Made by a program: the position numbers and the translations under genes. Under the pieces are notes generated by a model, which worked only from the letters and a program-made list of their open reading frames with translations, had not been told where the DNA came from and did not search any database. Positions 38,579-48,869 of a stretch of DNA of 64,000 nt are shown here, in pieces. How positions within the stretch are numbered: the first letter of the stretch is position 1; each line of letters begins with the position of its first letter. Source of the DNA: an uncultured Planctomycetales bacterium. Its GTDB lineage: Bacteria > Omnitrophota > Gorgyraeia > Zapsychrales > Fredricksoniimonadaceae. The DNA lies in the NCBI GenBank assembly GCA_964483785.1, contig CAZACW010000007.1, positions 375 to 64,374 on the forward strand. Reading direction: 5' to 3'.

Positions 38579-40309
38579 TTATTGCTTGTCAATGATCTGC
38601 TGCTTCAGCCGCCCAAGCAGGGCCTCCAGGCCCATGCTGCCCAAATCCTGGCTGTTTTGCAGGCGCACCGCCACCTGGGAGGCCTCGACTTCCTTGTCCC
38701 CGATGATGATCTGGTAGGGGATTTTCTGCACCGAGGCTTCCCGGATGCGCTTGGCCAAGGACTCATTGCGCTCATCGACGATGACCCTGAACCCCTCCGC
38801 TTCCAAGGCCTGCTTGACCTTGGCGGCATGGCCCTGGTGTTCGTCCTTGATGGGGATCACCGCCACCTGATGCGGCGCCAGCCACAAAGGAAAATGGCCC
38901 GCGTAATGCTCGATCAAGGTGCCGATGAACCTTTCCAAACTGCCGAAGATGGCCCGGTGCAGCATCACCGGTGTCGCCGGCTGGCCGTTTTCGTCGATAT
39001 AGCTTAATTCAAAACGCTCCGGCAAAAGAAAATCGCATTGGATGGTGCCGCATTGCCACTGGCGGCCGATGGCATCCTTTAATTTGATGTCGATCTTGGG
39101 GCCGTAAAAGGCCCCGTCCCCCTCATTGATCGCGTAGTGAAGCTTCTTGGCCTCCAGCGCTTCTTTAAGAGACGCGGTGGCCTTGTCCCAGTTGGCCTCA
39201 CTGCCCATGAATTTCTCGGGCCTCGTCGATAATTCAATGTGCAGGTCGGTAAAGCCGAAATCCTTCATGACCGCAAAGACAAAGTCCATGACGCCGATCA
39301 CTTCTTCCTTGATCTGCTGGGGCCGCAGGAAAATGTGCGCATCATCCTGCGTAAAGCCGCGCACGCGCAAAAGCCCGTGCAGGACGCCGGCCTTTTCCTG
39401 GCGGTACACGGTGCCTAATTCAAAATAACGGACGGGCAAATCCCTGTAGGAGCGGGTCTGGGACTTGAAAATCAGGATATGCCCCGGGCAGTTCATGGGC
39501 TTGACCGCGTAATCCTCGTCGTCGACCTTGAAATAATACATGTTCTCCCGGTAATTCTCGGCATGGCCTGAAATGTCCCACAATTTGCCTTTGAGCATGT
39601 GCGGGGTCATCACCATCTTGTAGCCGCGCTTAAGGTGCTGGGCGCGGGCATAATCTTCGATCACCTTCCTTAACATGGCGCCGTTGGGATGGTAAAAAAT
39701 GAGGCCGGCCCCGGCGGTGTCATGGTAGATATGAAACAAATCCAGCTGGGTGGCGATTTTGCGGTGGTCGCGCTTGGAGGCCTCCTCGAGCATTTTTAAG
39801 TACGCGTCGAGTTCCGGCCGGGAAAAAAAGGCCGTGCCGTAGATGCGCTGGAGCATGGGCCTTTTTTCATCCCCGCGCCAGTAGGCGCCGGCAACGGAGA
39901 GCAGTTTGAAGCCCTTGATCAGGCCGGTTGAGGCCACATGCGGCCCTTTGCACAAATCCGCGAATTCATCGCCGGTCTTGAAAATCGAGACCTCCTTATC
40001 CGGGATGCCCTCGATCAATTCCACCTTGTAGGTCTCGTTTTTGGCGGCGAAAAATTTTTTGGCCTCTTCGCGCGGCATCATGGACTGCGTCAAGGGCAGG
40101 TCCTTGGCCACGATGCGGGCCATGGCTTTCTCGATCTTGCGCAGATCATCGTCGGTGAACGGCTCCTTCTTGTCGAAATCGTAATAAAAGCCGTTCTCCA
40201 CGGCCGGGCCGATGGTGACCTTGGCCTCGGGCCAAAGTTCCTGCACGGCCTGGGCCATCACGTGCGCGCAGGTGTGGCGCAATTTATCGATGTCGCGGCT
40301 GTAATCCAT
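38579..40309 (-). CDS. thrS: Threonine--tRNA ligase (no TGS domain)
   Basis: RHTCAH, DLCKGPH, KPMNCPGH, RVRGFTQDDAH. Confidence 0.97.
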   Translation of the reverse strand: MDYSRDIDKLRHTCAHVMAQAVQELWPEAKVTIGPAVENGFYYDFDKKEPFTDDDLRKIEKAMARIVAKDLPLTQSMMPREEAKKFFAAKNETYKVELIEGIPDKEVSIFKTGDEFADLCKGPHVASTGLIKGFKLLSVAGAYWRGDEKRPMLQRIYGTAFFSRPELDAYLKMLEEASKRDHRKIATQLDLFHIYHDTAGAGLIFYHPNGAMLRKVIEDYARAQHLKRGYKMVMTPHMLKGKLWDISGHAENYRENMYYFKVDDEDYAVKPMNCPGHILIFKSQTRSYRDLPVRYFELGTVYRQEKAGVLHGLLRVRGFTQDDAHIFLRPQQIKEEVIGVMDFVFAVMKDFGFTDLHIELSTRPEKFMGSEANWDKATASLKEALEAKKLHYAINEGDGAFYGPKIDIKLKDAIGRQWQCGTIQCDFLLPERFELSYIDENGQPATPVMLHRAIFGSLERFIGTLIEHYAGHFPLWLAPHQVAVIPIKDEHQGHAAKVKQALEAEGFRVIVDERNESLAKRIREASVQKIPYQIIIGDKEVEASQVAVRLQNSQDLGSMGLEALLGRLKQQIIDKQ

Positions 40310-40316
40310 AAATTGA

Positions 40317-40394
40317 TGGTGGACTCGACAAGACTTGAACTTGTGGCCTTCTCCATGTCAAGGAGACGCTCTAACCAAACTGAGCTACGAGTCC
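40317..40394 (-). tRNA. tRNA-Val (GAC)
   Basis: Cloverleaf, anticodon loop TTGACAT, CCA encoded. Confidence 0.95.
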
Positions 40395-40413
40395 ATTGGA
40401 AATTGATCTTTAA

Positions 40414-40497
40414 TGGGCGGGGAGGGACTTGAACCCTCACGACCTTACGGTCACAGGATTTTAAGTCCTGCGCGCATACCAATTCCGCCACCCGCCC
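40414..40497 (-). tRNA. tRNA-Leu (TAA)
   Basis: CAGGA-CTTAAAA-TCCTG anticodon arm, long variable arm. Confidence 0.95.
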
Positions 40498-40525
40498 AAA
40501 TGCACTGTGCGCCAAACCCTGAAAC

Positions 40526-40600
<75 letters not shown>

Positions 40601-40601
40601 G

Positions 40602-41141
40602 CTAACCTTTTAAAACCGCCTTGACGATATCTTCAATCTCGGCCAAATGCCCGATCCCGACGGTGCCGCAGGCCAATCGGCCATGAACAGGCTCAATGAA
40701 TTTAAATCCGTGCTTTTTCAATTTCGCGCAATTGTCCATCACCATGGGATTGGCAAACATCTGGTCGTTCATCGCCGGGGCCACCCACACCGGGGCGCGG
40801 CAGGCGGTCACAAAACTGGTGAGCAGATCATCGGCCAGGCCGTGCGCCAATTTTCCGATGATATTGGCCGTGGCCGGCGCGATGAGCACCGCCTGCGCCC
40901 AGCGGGCCAGCTCGACGTGGGCCATGGCCCACGCTTCCTTGTCGAACATGCCGCTGTACACGGGCTTGCCGGACAAGGTGGACAAGGTCAGCGGCGTGAT
41001 AAACGCCTCGGCTTCCTTGGTCATGATCACGCTGACCTCGGCCTTCTCATCCCGCAGGCGGCGGATGAGGTCCCCCGCCTTATAGGCCGCGATGCTGCCG
41101 CAGACACCCACGACGATCCTGGTGCTTTTAGGACTTGGCAT
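40602..41141 (-). CDS. coaC: Phosphopantothenoylcysteine decarboxylase (CoaC domain only)
   Basis: GSIAAYKA, APATAN, APAMN, LACG; start moved to ATG 41141; no CoaB half. Confidence 0.88.
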   Translation of the reverse strand: MPSPKSTRIVVGVCGSIAAYKAGDLIRRLRDEKAEVSVIMTKEAEAFITPLTLSTLSGKPVYSGMFDKEAWAMAHVELARWAQAVLIAPATANIIGKLAHGLADDLLTSFVTACRAPVWVAPAMNDQMFANPMVMDNCAKLKKHGFKFIEPVHGRLACGTVGIGHLAEIEDIVKAVLKG

Positions 41142-41373
41142 TCTTTTTGGCCTTTTCTTCTTTAGCTTCCGGCAGGCCGCTGCCTTTTTCGATGACTTTT
41201 CCGGCGCGGATCTCATCCAGCGCCGTGGTCGCCAATTTCTGCTCAGCCGGCGCGTGCACCAATTTGACGCCGGTGGCGGCCAATTCGGTGGCGCGGGTGG
41301 AGGCCAGGCGGACCAGGCGGTAAACGCTGTGGTTGGCCCTGGATAACAATTCTTCAAGCGGTTGATAAGCCAT
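41128..41373 (-). CDS. rpoZ: RNA polymerase omega subunit
   Basis: SVYRLVRLASTRA...ALDEI; gmk-rpoZ-coa synteny. Confidence 0.9.
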   Translation of the reverse strand: MAYQPLEELLSRANHSVYRLVRLASTRATELAATGVKLVHAPAEQKLATTALDEIRAGKVIEKGSGLPEAKEEKAKKNAKS

Positions 41374-41460
41374 ACGTCAATTCCTTCCTGTTAAACGACT
41401 TAAAAGATAATCGAGAAAACCATTTTTATAACATACAAGAGGGGGTATTGTCAATCTTCC

Positions 41461-42060
41461 CTACGGGCCGATCCCAAGCTCTTGGCAGACGATCTGCTGC
41501 AGGGCCTGCAGGGCCTTGGCCAGCTTTGCGTTGATGATGACATGGTCGTAATGCCCGGCCTCCTTCAATTCCCGGCGCGCCACCTGCAAACGCTTTTGTA
41601 AACTGGCGGGGGTTTCCGTGCCCCTGGCCTCCAGCCGCGCCTCCAGCACCTTCAGCGACGGGGCCTTGATGAAAATTTTCAGGGCCTGCGGGAATTCGCG
41701 GGCCACGGTCTTGGCGCCTTTGACGTCGATGCACAAAAGTACATGAACGCCTTTCTGCAGCAATTGGAGGGCGTGCTTTTTGGGCGTTCCGTAATACTGG
41801 CCAAAGACCTTTTCCCATTCTAAAAAATACCCCTTCTTGATCTTGGCTTCAAAGGAGCGCGCGTCCAAAAACAGATAGTCCCGGCCATTCCTCTCCCCCG
41901 GCCGCCGGGGCCTGGTGGTGGCGGAAATGGATTTGACCAGCCGGCCTTTCATCGCCGGGTCAGCCAGCAGGGCCTTGTGCAGGGTGGTCTTGCCGCAGCC
42001 GGAAGGGCCGGAGAGAATGACAATCTTGGCCTTAAGGGGCGGCGATGTTCTATTCGACAT
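41461..42060 (-). CDS. gmk: Guanylate kinase
   Basis: SGPSGCGKTT, SATTRPRRPGE, YYGTP. Confidence 0.96.
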   Translation of the reverse strand: MSNRTSPPLKAKIVILSGPSGCGKTTLHKALLADPAMKGRLVKSISATTRPRRPGERNGRDYLFLDARSFEAKIKKGYFLEWEKVFGQYYGTPKKHALQLLQKGVHVLLCIDVKGAKTVAREFPQALKIFIKAPSLKVLEARLEARGTETPASLQKRLQVARRELKEAGHYDHVIINAKLAKALQALQQIVCQELGIGP

Positions 42061-42871
42061 TGTTGGATTGTTCGCGGATCTTTTCAACCTTGCTTTTGAT
42101 GGCGATCACGGCGGCGGCCACCACCTTGTCCTGCACCTTGGAGCCGATGGTGTTGGTCTCGCGCTGCATTTCCTGGGCGATGAAATCAAGCTTTTTGCCC
42201 GCCCCCTCGGCCTGCCTCAACAGCGCCTTGGCCTCGTCGATATAATGCTCCAGGCGGGCGGTCTCTTCGTTGATGTCATTGCTTTTTTGGAAGGAGGAAA
42301 ATTCATCCGGGGCCATGCCGGCCTTGGCCTCTTTCAAAAGGGCGGCACCCCGCTGCTTGATCTGGCGGATATGCTGGCGCATACGCATCAACTGGCCGCC
42401 GATGTCCGCGGCCAGCGACCGGCCTTCCCTGCGGCGCATATGCACCACCCCTTCGGCCGCCTTGCGCAAGGAGCGCTCCAGGGCCGGCCACAGCTCGCCG
42501 GGCTGAACAAAGACCTCCTGCGCCACGATGACGCCGGGCAGGCGCAGGATGTCGGCGACGGTGATGTCGTTGCGGATGCGGTGCTTTTCTTTCAGGGCCC
42601 TGGCAAAACCAAGGTAGCGGCGCACCGCCTCCTGGTTTAAGGCAATGCTCGTCTGCGGCTTGTCCGTGATCTTGACCGTGACCGTGACCCGGCCGCGCTT
42701 GATGCGGCTGGAAATGATTTTCTGGATCTTCTCCTCGAGCGAGGAAAAGCCCGAGGGCAGATAAAACGCCACATCCAGATAACGGTGGTTCACCGTCTTG
42801 ATCTCGACGATGCCCTTGACCCTGCCGAAGGTGATTTCCCCGGCCCCGAACCCTGTCATGCCTGTGATCAT
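42050..42871 (-). CDS. YicC/YloC family endoribonuclease
   Basis: MTGFG, VNHRYLD, GKKLDFIAQEMQRETNTIGSK, IREQSNNVE. Confidence 0.93.
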   Translation of the reverse strand: MITGMTGFGAGEITFGRVKGIVEIKTVNHRYLDVAFYLPSGFSSLEEKIQKIISSRIKRGRVTVTVKITDKPQTSIALNQEAVRRYLGFARALKEKHRIRNDITVADILRLPGVIVAQEVFVQPGELWPALERSLRKAAEGVVHMRRREGRSLAADIGGQLMRMRQHIRQIKQRGAALLKEAKAGMAPDEFSSFQKSNDINEETARLEHYIDEAKALLRQAEGAGKKLDFIAQEMQRETNTIGSKVQDKVVAAAVIAIKSKVEKIREQSNNVE

Positions 42872-42878
42872 AACGCTC

Positions 42879-43328
42879 CTAATCCAATAGTTCCTTATTT
42901 TTAAACCAGAGGGCGATTTCCCGGCGGGCTTCCCTGGCGTCGGAAGAGACATGCACCACGTTCTCGAACACGCCCTTGGTCGTCACCCGGCCGAATTTGC
43001 CGCGCACGGACCGGGGGTCCGCTTCCTCGGGGTTGGTGGCGCCGGCAATGCCGCGGCAGACGGCCACGGCGTTCTTGCCCGAAAACACCATGGCCACGAC
43101 GGGATTGTCCCCGTGCAAATGGCCCATCAAATAATTGACGATTTCCTTGAAAAAAGGTTTTTGACGCAAATGCCTGTAATGGGCCTGGGCCAGCTTGCGC
43201 GGGACCCGCACCAGTTTAAGGCCGCTTAAGCGCAGATGGCCGGCCAAAAACAGGCTGATCACCTCGCCGGCGATGCCTTTCTGGATCCCGTCGGGCTTGA
43301 TCAAGACCAGGGCCGCGTGCGCCTTCAT
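42879..43328 (-). CDS. ndk: Nucleoside diphosphate kinase
   Basis: LIKPDG, GATNP, NVVHVSS, REIALWF. Confidence 0.94.
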   Translation of the reverse strand: MKAHAALVLIKPDGIQKGIAGEVISLFLAGHLRLSGLKLVRVPRKLAQAHYRHLRQKPFFKEIVNYLMGHLHGDNPVVAMVFSGKNAVAVCRGIAGATNPEEADPRSVRGKFGRVTTKGVFENVVHVSSDAREARREIALWFKNKELLD

Positions 43329-44224
43329 TGCCGCAGCACCCCGAGAATGCGGTCCAAATCATCGAGCGTGTAATATTCTATGACGAGTTTGCCCTTGCCC
43401 CGCCGGTCCTTGATGAAGACCTTGGTCCCCAAAATTTTGCGCAGTTCTTCTTCCAGTATCTCAATGTCCCGGTTTCTCGGCCTGGCCTTGGCGCCGGCAA
43501 CCGCCTCATGCCCCTGCTGGGCCTGCTTGACCATGTCCTCGATTTGGCGCACGGAAAGGCCCTTGTCGATGACCGCCTGGGCCATTTTTTTCTGGATGGC
43601 CGCGTCGCCTAAGCCTAAAATGGCCCTGGCATGGCCCATGGAGATTTCAGCGTCAATGACCTGCTGTTGAATATCTTGCGGAAGCTTTAGAAGCCGTATG
43701 AGATTATGGACCGTGGCCCGGTCCTTGCCAACGGCCTCAGCCACCTCATCCATGGTAAATTTAAACTCATCAATCAGCTTTTTAAAGGCCAGGCCTTCTT
43801 CAATGGCATTTAAATCTTCTCTTTGGATATTTTCCACCAAGGCCAGGACCAGGGATTCCCTGTCCGTAACGTTCTTGATAATAACCGGTACTTCTTGCAG
43901 GCCAATGGCTTTAGCCGCTCTTAAGCGCCTTTCTCCTGCTACGACCTCATAATGTTCCCCTTGCTTGCGTACCAAGATAGGCTGTAATACGCCTTTTTCC
44001 TTAATTGACGCTTTTAAATCTTCCAATCTGGATTCATCATAGTTTTGCCTTGGTTGAAGTCTATTTTCCAGAATGGAAATTAATTTTACGGTTTTGACAT
44101 TTGAAGATGCGGAAGATTCCAGATTGGACATTTCCAGATTGGACATTTTCTGTGCATTTAATCTATCCCTATCGGTTACAGATAAAAGCGCTGAAAGTCC
44201 CTTTCCTAAGACTTTTTTTTCCAT
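43325..44224 (-). CDS. parB: Chromosome partitioning protein ParB
   Basis: LGKGLSALL, QPR, VAGERRLRA, ENIQREDL, HTH domain. Confidence 0.96.
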   Translation of the reverse strand: MEKKVLGKGLSALLSVTDRDRLNAQKMSNLEMSNLESSASSNVKTVKLISILENRLQPRQNYDESRLEDLKASIKEKGVLQPILVRKQGEHYEVVAGERRLRAAKAIGLQEVPVIIKNVTDRESLVLALVENIQREDLNAIEEGLAFKKLIDEFKFTMDEVAEAVGKDRATVHNLIRLLKLPQDIQQQVIDAEISMGHARAILGLGDAAIQKKMAQAVIDKGLSVRQIEDMVKQAQQGHEAVAGAKARPRNRDIEILEEELRKILGTKVFIKDRRGKGKLVIEYYTLDDLDRILGVLRQ

Positions 44225-44267
44225 TCTGGAATCTCCTAAGTTAATAACAAACAATTAAGTCGGAATA

Positions 44268-44296
44268 ACCATCACAACCCCGGGGGTTGTGATGGT
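44268..44296. repeat. Family A palindrome, copy 5
   Basis: Between parA and parB. Confidence 0.95.
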
Positions 44297-44308
44297 TTCT
44301 AACCTACG

Positions 44309-45091
44309 TTAAGTCAAATTGCCAATGGGTTTATTGGTCAATAAAAACTCTTCCGCCAGCTCCTTGTACTTTAAAGAACCAATGGAATGCGGATCGTAAT
44401 AATTGATGGGCTTGCCGAAACTGGGCGCTTCGCTTAGACGTATGTTCCTGGGAATAATAGGCTTATAAACTTTTTCCTTGAAATAGTTTTTGATCTCATT
44501 GATCACTTCATTGGTTAAATTGGTCCTGAAATCCGCCATGGTCATAAGCACCCCTTCAATGTGCAGATCAGGGTTTAAGCCATCCTTGACTAAGGATATG
44601 GTGTTCAAGAGCTGGGAAACCCCTTCAAGGGCATAAAACTCGCATTGTATGGGCACCAGGATGGAATCTGCGGCCACCAGGGCATTCAGGGTCAAAAGGC
44701 CTAAGGACGGCGGAGAATCGATCAGGATGAAATCATAACGGTCCTTAACCGCTTCCAGGGCCTTTTTAAGGCGGGTTTCCCTGGATAAAACACCGACAAG
44801 CTCGATCTCCGCTCCGGTCAGGTTGATATTACAAGGAATAATGTCCAAATTATTGAATTCGGTCTTGATCAGGGCCTGGGCAGTGGATACGCGGTGGATG
44901 AGAACGTCGTAGAGGGAATCCTTGATTTCGTTTTTATTAATCCCCACCCCGCTGCTGGCATTGCCCTGGGGATCCATGTCTACGATCAGGACTTTCTTAT
45001 TTAAAGCAGAGAGCGCCGAAGCCAAATTAATGGTGGTGGTCGTCTTGCCAGTACCGCCTTTTTGATTACAAACAGCAATAATTTTTGACAT
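44309..45091 (-). CDS. parA: ParA/Soj ATPase
   Basis: NQKGGTGKTTT, DMDPQGNA, DSPPSLG, EAPSFG; start at ATG 45091. Confidence 0.96.
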   Translation of the reverse strand: MSKIIAVCNQKGGTGKTTTTINLASALSALNKKVLIVDMDPQGNASSGVGINKNEIKDSLYDVLIHRVSTAQALIKTEFNNLDIIPCNINLTGAEIELVGVLSRETRLKKALEAVKDRYDFILIDSPPSLGLLTLNALVAADSILVPIQCEFYALEGVSQLLNTISLVKDGLNPDLHIEGVLMTMADFRTNLTNEVINEIKNYFKEKVYKPIIPRNIRLSEAPSFGKPINYYDPHSIGSLKYKELAEEFLLTNKPIGNLT

Positions 45092-45106
45092 ATTCCACGT
45101 GAAACC
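45091..45106. promoter_or_regulatory. Canonical-type parS-like site at the parA start
   Basis: TATTCCACGTGAAACC, 14/16 match to TGTTNCACGTGAAACA. Confidence 0.55.
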
Positions 45107-45110
45107 CCTC

Positions 45111-45134
45111 CACAACCCCCGGGGTTGTGATGGT
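45111..45134. repeat. Family A palindrome, copy 6 (truncated left arm)
   Basis: CACAACCCCCGGGGTTGTGATGGT upstream of parA. Confidence 0.9.
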
Positions 45135-45138
45135 TTTT

Positions 45139-45324
45139 TTATTTTATCGTGACCTTGATTTTTGCTTGCTTTGCTCCATGCATTCCAAACAGCCCCCTCT
45201 TCTCCTCACACACAATTTTAATGTCCAATCTGCTTTTGGAAACGCCCAATTTGACAACCGCCTTATTAATGGCCTCCTCTACCGTATCCCCTTCAAACTC
45301 GCTTGATTCAGATTTAATTGCCAT
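45139..45324 (-). CDS. Stand-alone Jag N-terminal domain protein
   Basis: EGDTVEEAI...LGV...EEKRGLFG...AKIKV; sits in the jag position after yidC; no KH/R3H domains. Confidence 0.85.
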   Translation of the reverse strand: MAIKSESSEFEGDTVEEAINKAVVKLGVSKSRLDIKIVCEEKRGLFGMHGAKQAKIKVTIK

Positions 45325-45331
45325 ACAATGA

Positions 45332-46927
45332 TTATTTACTGCTGCTGGCCTTGGCTATCTTCCACTGGGTCAAGGTGGACAAAACGTAAAATACCAGGAA
45401 ATAAATGGCCCAGGAACTGGCAAATTTATAGAACAAAAAAGTCATCATCACCGGCATTATATACATCATCATCCTCTGCTGGGTCGCCTGCTGTTCATCC
45501 ATCACGATCATATTTTTGCTTGATATTTTCTGCTGGAAAAACATCATGCCCCCGGTCAGCACAGGTAATATATTAAGCTCATTCCCAAGCAAAGGCAAAT
45601 AAAAAGGAAAAATTATCAAACGGTCCGGCTGGGAAAGGTCCTTGATCCACAAAAAGCCCTGGCCTTGAAAATACTGGGCCCGCCATAAAATCTGGTACAG
45701 GGCCATAAAAAACGGCATCTGGATCAAAAACGGCAGACAGCCGCCGAAAGGATTGATCTTTTCTCGACGGTAAATCTCGATCATTTCCGCGTTAAGCTTT
45801 TGGGGATCATTTTTATACCGCTCCTTTAAAGCAGTCAATTTAGGCTGGACTTCCTGCATTCTACGCATGGACATCATGCTTTGCATGGTCAATGGATAAG
45901 TAATTCCATAAATCAGCATACTGATTAGAATAATGCCCAGGCCCCAGCTTTTAAAAATATTATGGAAAAACGGTATAGTATAATAAATGGCCTGGGCGAT
46001 CCACTCAATGACCGGGAAACTGCTGAAAGCAACAATCTTTTCAAATCCTTGATGATAGGTCTTCATCAGCCATGGATTTTGAGGCCCAAGATATATATTG
46101 AAATCATAAACAGCACTCTCCCCTGGCCCTAAAATTTTATCCTGGGGCTTGATGGATATGGACAGCTGTTTTTCGTTATCTGCTTTGATTTCATAAGATT
46201 TTGTCTCAAATCCAGGTTTTATGACCAAGGCCTGATAATGGCTTCTAAATCCAGCCCAAAGTACCGCGGCATTATCCGATTTATTATTCTTGTCCGAGAA
46301 TTTAATGGCATTGCCTTTGCGTACTGTTCCACGATTAGATGAAACCGAGTACTCGTACAAGGCGCTGTCTCTGGAATTCTGATTAATGTCCATTCTGGAA
46401 ACATCAACCGTATAAAGCCTGAAGCTTAGATTTTCCAGATTGGACATTTCCGTCAAATTTTTAATTTCCATTCTGACCTTGATCAGGTCCTGATCAACCA
46501 ATTCATAGGTCTTGGCAATCTGCCAATTCTGATTTTTATAGGTCAAAAAGATCCTTTTCTCATCGATTCTTTGGCCTGAATAAACCCAATTATCTAACTC
46601 ATCTATGCTGATAATATTTGTGACCGGGAAGGGAAGATTGCGGGTAAATTCTACTTTGTGGAGTGATCCACCCACATTTGTAAAGGAAATGTCCTTATCA
46701 GTGGATTTGATATCATAATCAGATGTTTTATCTGGCACATTTGTGGATAATTCATGTGTTTTTTGACTCTCCGCGATCTGATTGTCTATATTTGACGCAA
46801 CATGTTGTTGTGCAGTATTTTGTGGATTATTTACGCTGGGGGGAGCTTTGGGCGGAACAAAGACCGTCTGATAGGCAAATAATACAGCGGCCGCAAGAAC
46901 AATGGCTAATAGGGTGTTTCGGTCCAT
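45332..46927 (-). CDS. yidC: Membrane protein insertase YidC
   Basis: INPFGGCLPFLIQMP, FLWIKDLSQPD. Confidence 0.96.
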   Translation of the reverse strand: MDRNTLLAIVLAAAVLFAYQTVFVPPKAPPSVNNPQNTAQQHVASNIDNQIAESQKTHELSTNVPDKTSDYDIKSTDKDISFTNVGGSLHKVEFTRNLPFPVTNIISIDELDNWVYSGQRIDEKRIFLTYKNQNWQIAKTYELVDQDLIKVRMEIKNLTEMSNLENLSFRLYTVDVSRMDINQNSRDSALYEYSVSSNRGTVRKGNAIKFSDKNNKSDNAAVLWAGFRSHYQALVIKPGFETKSYEIKADNEKQLSISIKPQDKILGPGESAVYDFNIYLGPQNPWLMKTYHQGFEKIVAFSSFPVIEWIAQAIYYTIPFFHNIFKSWGLGIILISMLIYGITYPLTMQSMMSMRRMQEVQPKLTALKERYKNDPQKLNAEMIEIYRREKINPFGGCLPFLIQMPFFMALYQILWRAQYFQGQGFLWIKDLSQPDRLIIFPFYLPLLGNELNILPVLTGGMMFFQQKISSKNMIVMDEQQATQQRMMMYIMPVMMTFLFYKFASSWAIYFLVFYVLSTLTQWKIAKASSSK

Positions 46928-46932
46928 GGCCT

Positions 46933-47145
46933 TTACCTTACTGGATCATACCCGCCGTCGCACGCCGGAGAACAGCGCAGAAGGCGATAGAGGGATTGCA
47001 TAATACCGGCGCGCAGGCCATGCCGCTCGATGGCCTCGATGGCATAGTGCGAGCACGACGGGTAAAACCGGCAATGCCTGACGCAAAATACCCGGCTTAG
47101 ACACTGATAGGTTTTGATGCAAAGGATCAAGGCCTTAGTCAGCAT
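46933..47145 (-). CDS. yidD: Membrane protein insertion efficiency factor YidD
   Basis: CRFYPSCSHYA...RLLRC..GGYDPV; start at ATG 47145. Confidence 0.93.
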   Translation of the reverse strand: MLTKALILCIKTYQCLSRVFCVRHCRFYPSCSHYAIEAIERHGLRAGIMQSLYRLLRCSPACDGGYDPVR

Positions 47146-47170
47146 GGATGAATGCGCCTGCGGGCTAACT

Positions 47171-47308
47171 TTAGGAAGATATGCGGTGGCGGCCCTTAGC
47201 TCGTCGACGGCTGAGCACTTTGCGGCCGTCCGAGGTCGCCATGCGCTTACGGAATCCGTGTTTTTTCTTTCCAACGATATTCGTCGGCGTCTTTAAATGC
47301 TTCTTCAT
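47171..47308 (-). CDS. rpmH: 50S ribosomal protein L34
   Basis: Manual translation [45 protein letters not shown]; below the track length cutoff. Confidence 0.95.
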   Translation of the reverse strand: MKKHLKTPTNIVGKKKHGFRKRMATSDGRKVLSRRRAKGRHRISS

Positions 47309-47521
47309 GGTGCCATTCTTTCTCGATCATCTCCTTAGGGCTTAAATGTTGGGCAATTATAACATACCCCAAAGTGAAGTCAAGCGCTTTGAAGGCAAAA
47401 AACCATTGCAATCCAAAAATGCTTTGTTATAATGCCCATCGCATCTTAACTGGAGCTTAACACAGCCTCGAGATTGAGGTTTCGCCTCTCTTCGAATTGA
47501 ATCCACAGCTGTGCATAACTT

Positions 47522-48868
47522 GTGATCTCGTCTCAAATGACCCTGAATGACGTCTGGCAGAAGGCCCAAATTCCCATCAAAACCACCATCGGGGAGACCT
47601 CCTACGGCACCTGGTTTTCCCACTTGAAAACCTGCGAAAAAAACCCCGGCGTGCTGACCATTGAAGCTCCCGACGAGTACTTCAAGAACTGGATCGACGA
47701 GCGCTACCGGGGGATCATCGAACGCTGCCTGCGCACCGAGGGGGGGCAGGGGATCGCCGTCGAATTTTCCGTCAATCCCGAGCTGTTGAACAAAAAGACC
47801 CAGCAGAAGCTCGACCAGATCGAAAAATCCTTCGCGCCCACGGACAAAAACATCCATTTAAACCCCCGTTTCCTGTTTGAAAATTTCGTGGTGGGCCAAA
47901 GCAACCGCTTCGCCTTCGCGGCCGCGCAGGCCGTGGCGGAAAACCCGGCCAAATCCTACAATCCTTTCTTTATCTACGGCCCGGTGGGCTTAGGCAAGAC
48001 CCATCTTTTGCAGGCCATCACCCACGAGGCCCAGCGCAAAAACCCGGCCCTGAAAATCTGCTACCTCTCTTCCGAACAGTTTACCAACGAGCTCATCAAT
48101 TCCATCCGCCACCACGCCTCGGAAAGCTTCCGGCAGAAATACCGCCACGTCGACATCTTGTTGATCGACGATATCCATTTCATCGCCGGCAAGGTCTCGA
48201 CCCAGGAGGAGTTTTTCCATACCTTCAACACCCTGCATGACCACCACAAGCAGATCATCATCTGCTCGGACAGGCCGCCCAAGGAAATCGCCAACCTGGA
48301 AGAGCGCCTGGTCTCGCGCTTCGCCTGGGGCCTGATCACGGACATCCAGCCGCCGGACTATGAGACCCGGGTGGCCATTCTGCGCAAAAAATTAGAATTA
48401 GAATCTGTGGAAGTCCCGGATGATGTGGTATTATTTATAGCCCAAGAGATCAAGACCAATATCCGCGAGCTGGAGGGGGCCTTGATCAGGGTCGTGGCCT
48501 ATGCGCTTTTGGAAGACAAGGTCATTTCCCTGCCCGTCGCTAAACAGGTCCTTAAGGACATGGTCAAAGAAACGATCAAGACCATCAGCGTCGACATGGT
48601 CCAGAAAGAAGTGGCGGCCTATTACCAGGTGGCTTTGGCGGACTTAAAAACCAAGAAACGCAATAAGAATGTGGTGGTGCCCCGGCAGGTGGCCATGTAC
48701 CTGGCCCGCAAATTGACCACCCATTCCTTGCCGGAAATCGGGGCCGCTTTCGGCGGCAAGGACCATACCACGGTCCTGCATGCCTATAAGAAGGTGGAGA
48801 GGGACTTTTTGACCAATCAAGAAATCAAAAAAAGCGTTGATTATTTAAACGCGATCCTTTTACAATGA
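47522..48868 (+). CDS. dnaA: Chromosomal replication initiator DnaA
   Basis: [32 protein letters not shown] (start may be ATG 47537). Confidence 0.98.
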   Translation: MISSQMTLNDVWQKAQIPIKTTIGETSYGTWFSHLKTCEKNPGVLTIEAPDEYFKNWIDERYRGIIERCLRTEGGQGIAVEFSVNPELLNKKTQQKLDQIEKSFAPTDKNIHLNPRFLFENFVVGQSNRFAFAAAQAVAENPAKSYNPFFIYGPVGLGKTHLLQAITHEAQRKNPALKICYLSSEQFTNELINSIRHHASESFRQKYRHVDILLIDDIHFIAGKVSTQEEFFHTFNTLHDHHKQIIICSDRPPKEIANLEERLVSRFAWGLITDIQPPDYETRVAILRKKLELESVEVPDDVVLFIAQEIKTNIRELEGALIRVVAYALLEDKVISLPVAKQVLKDMVKETIKTISVDMVQKEVAAYYQVALADLKTKKRNKNVVVPRQVAMYLARKLTTHSLPEIGAAFGGKDHTTVLHAYKKVERDFLTNQEIKKSVDYLNAILLQ

Positions 48869-48869
48869 A

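Larger units (their letters stand above)
44021..46445. repeat. Cluster of seven TCCAGAWTGGA pseudo-palindromes (candidate non-canonical parS)
   Basis: 13-bp sites starting at 44021, 44066, 44117, 44132, 44219, 46388 and 46433, in both orientations. Confidence 0.7.

Noticed and set aside
46742-46750. Perfect DnaA box inside yidC as a second origin
   Set aside because: Isolated within a CDS; the box cluster and unwinding-like motif are between dnaA and dnaN
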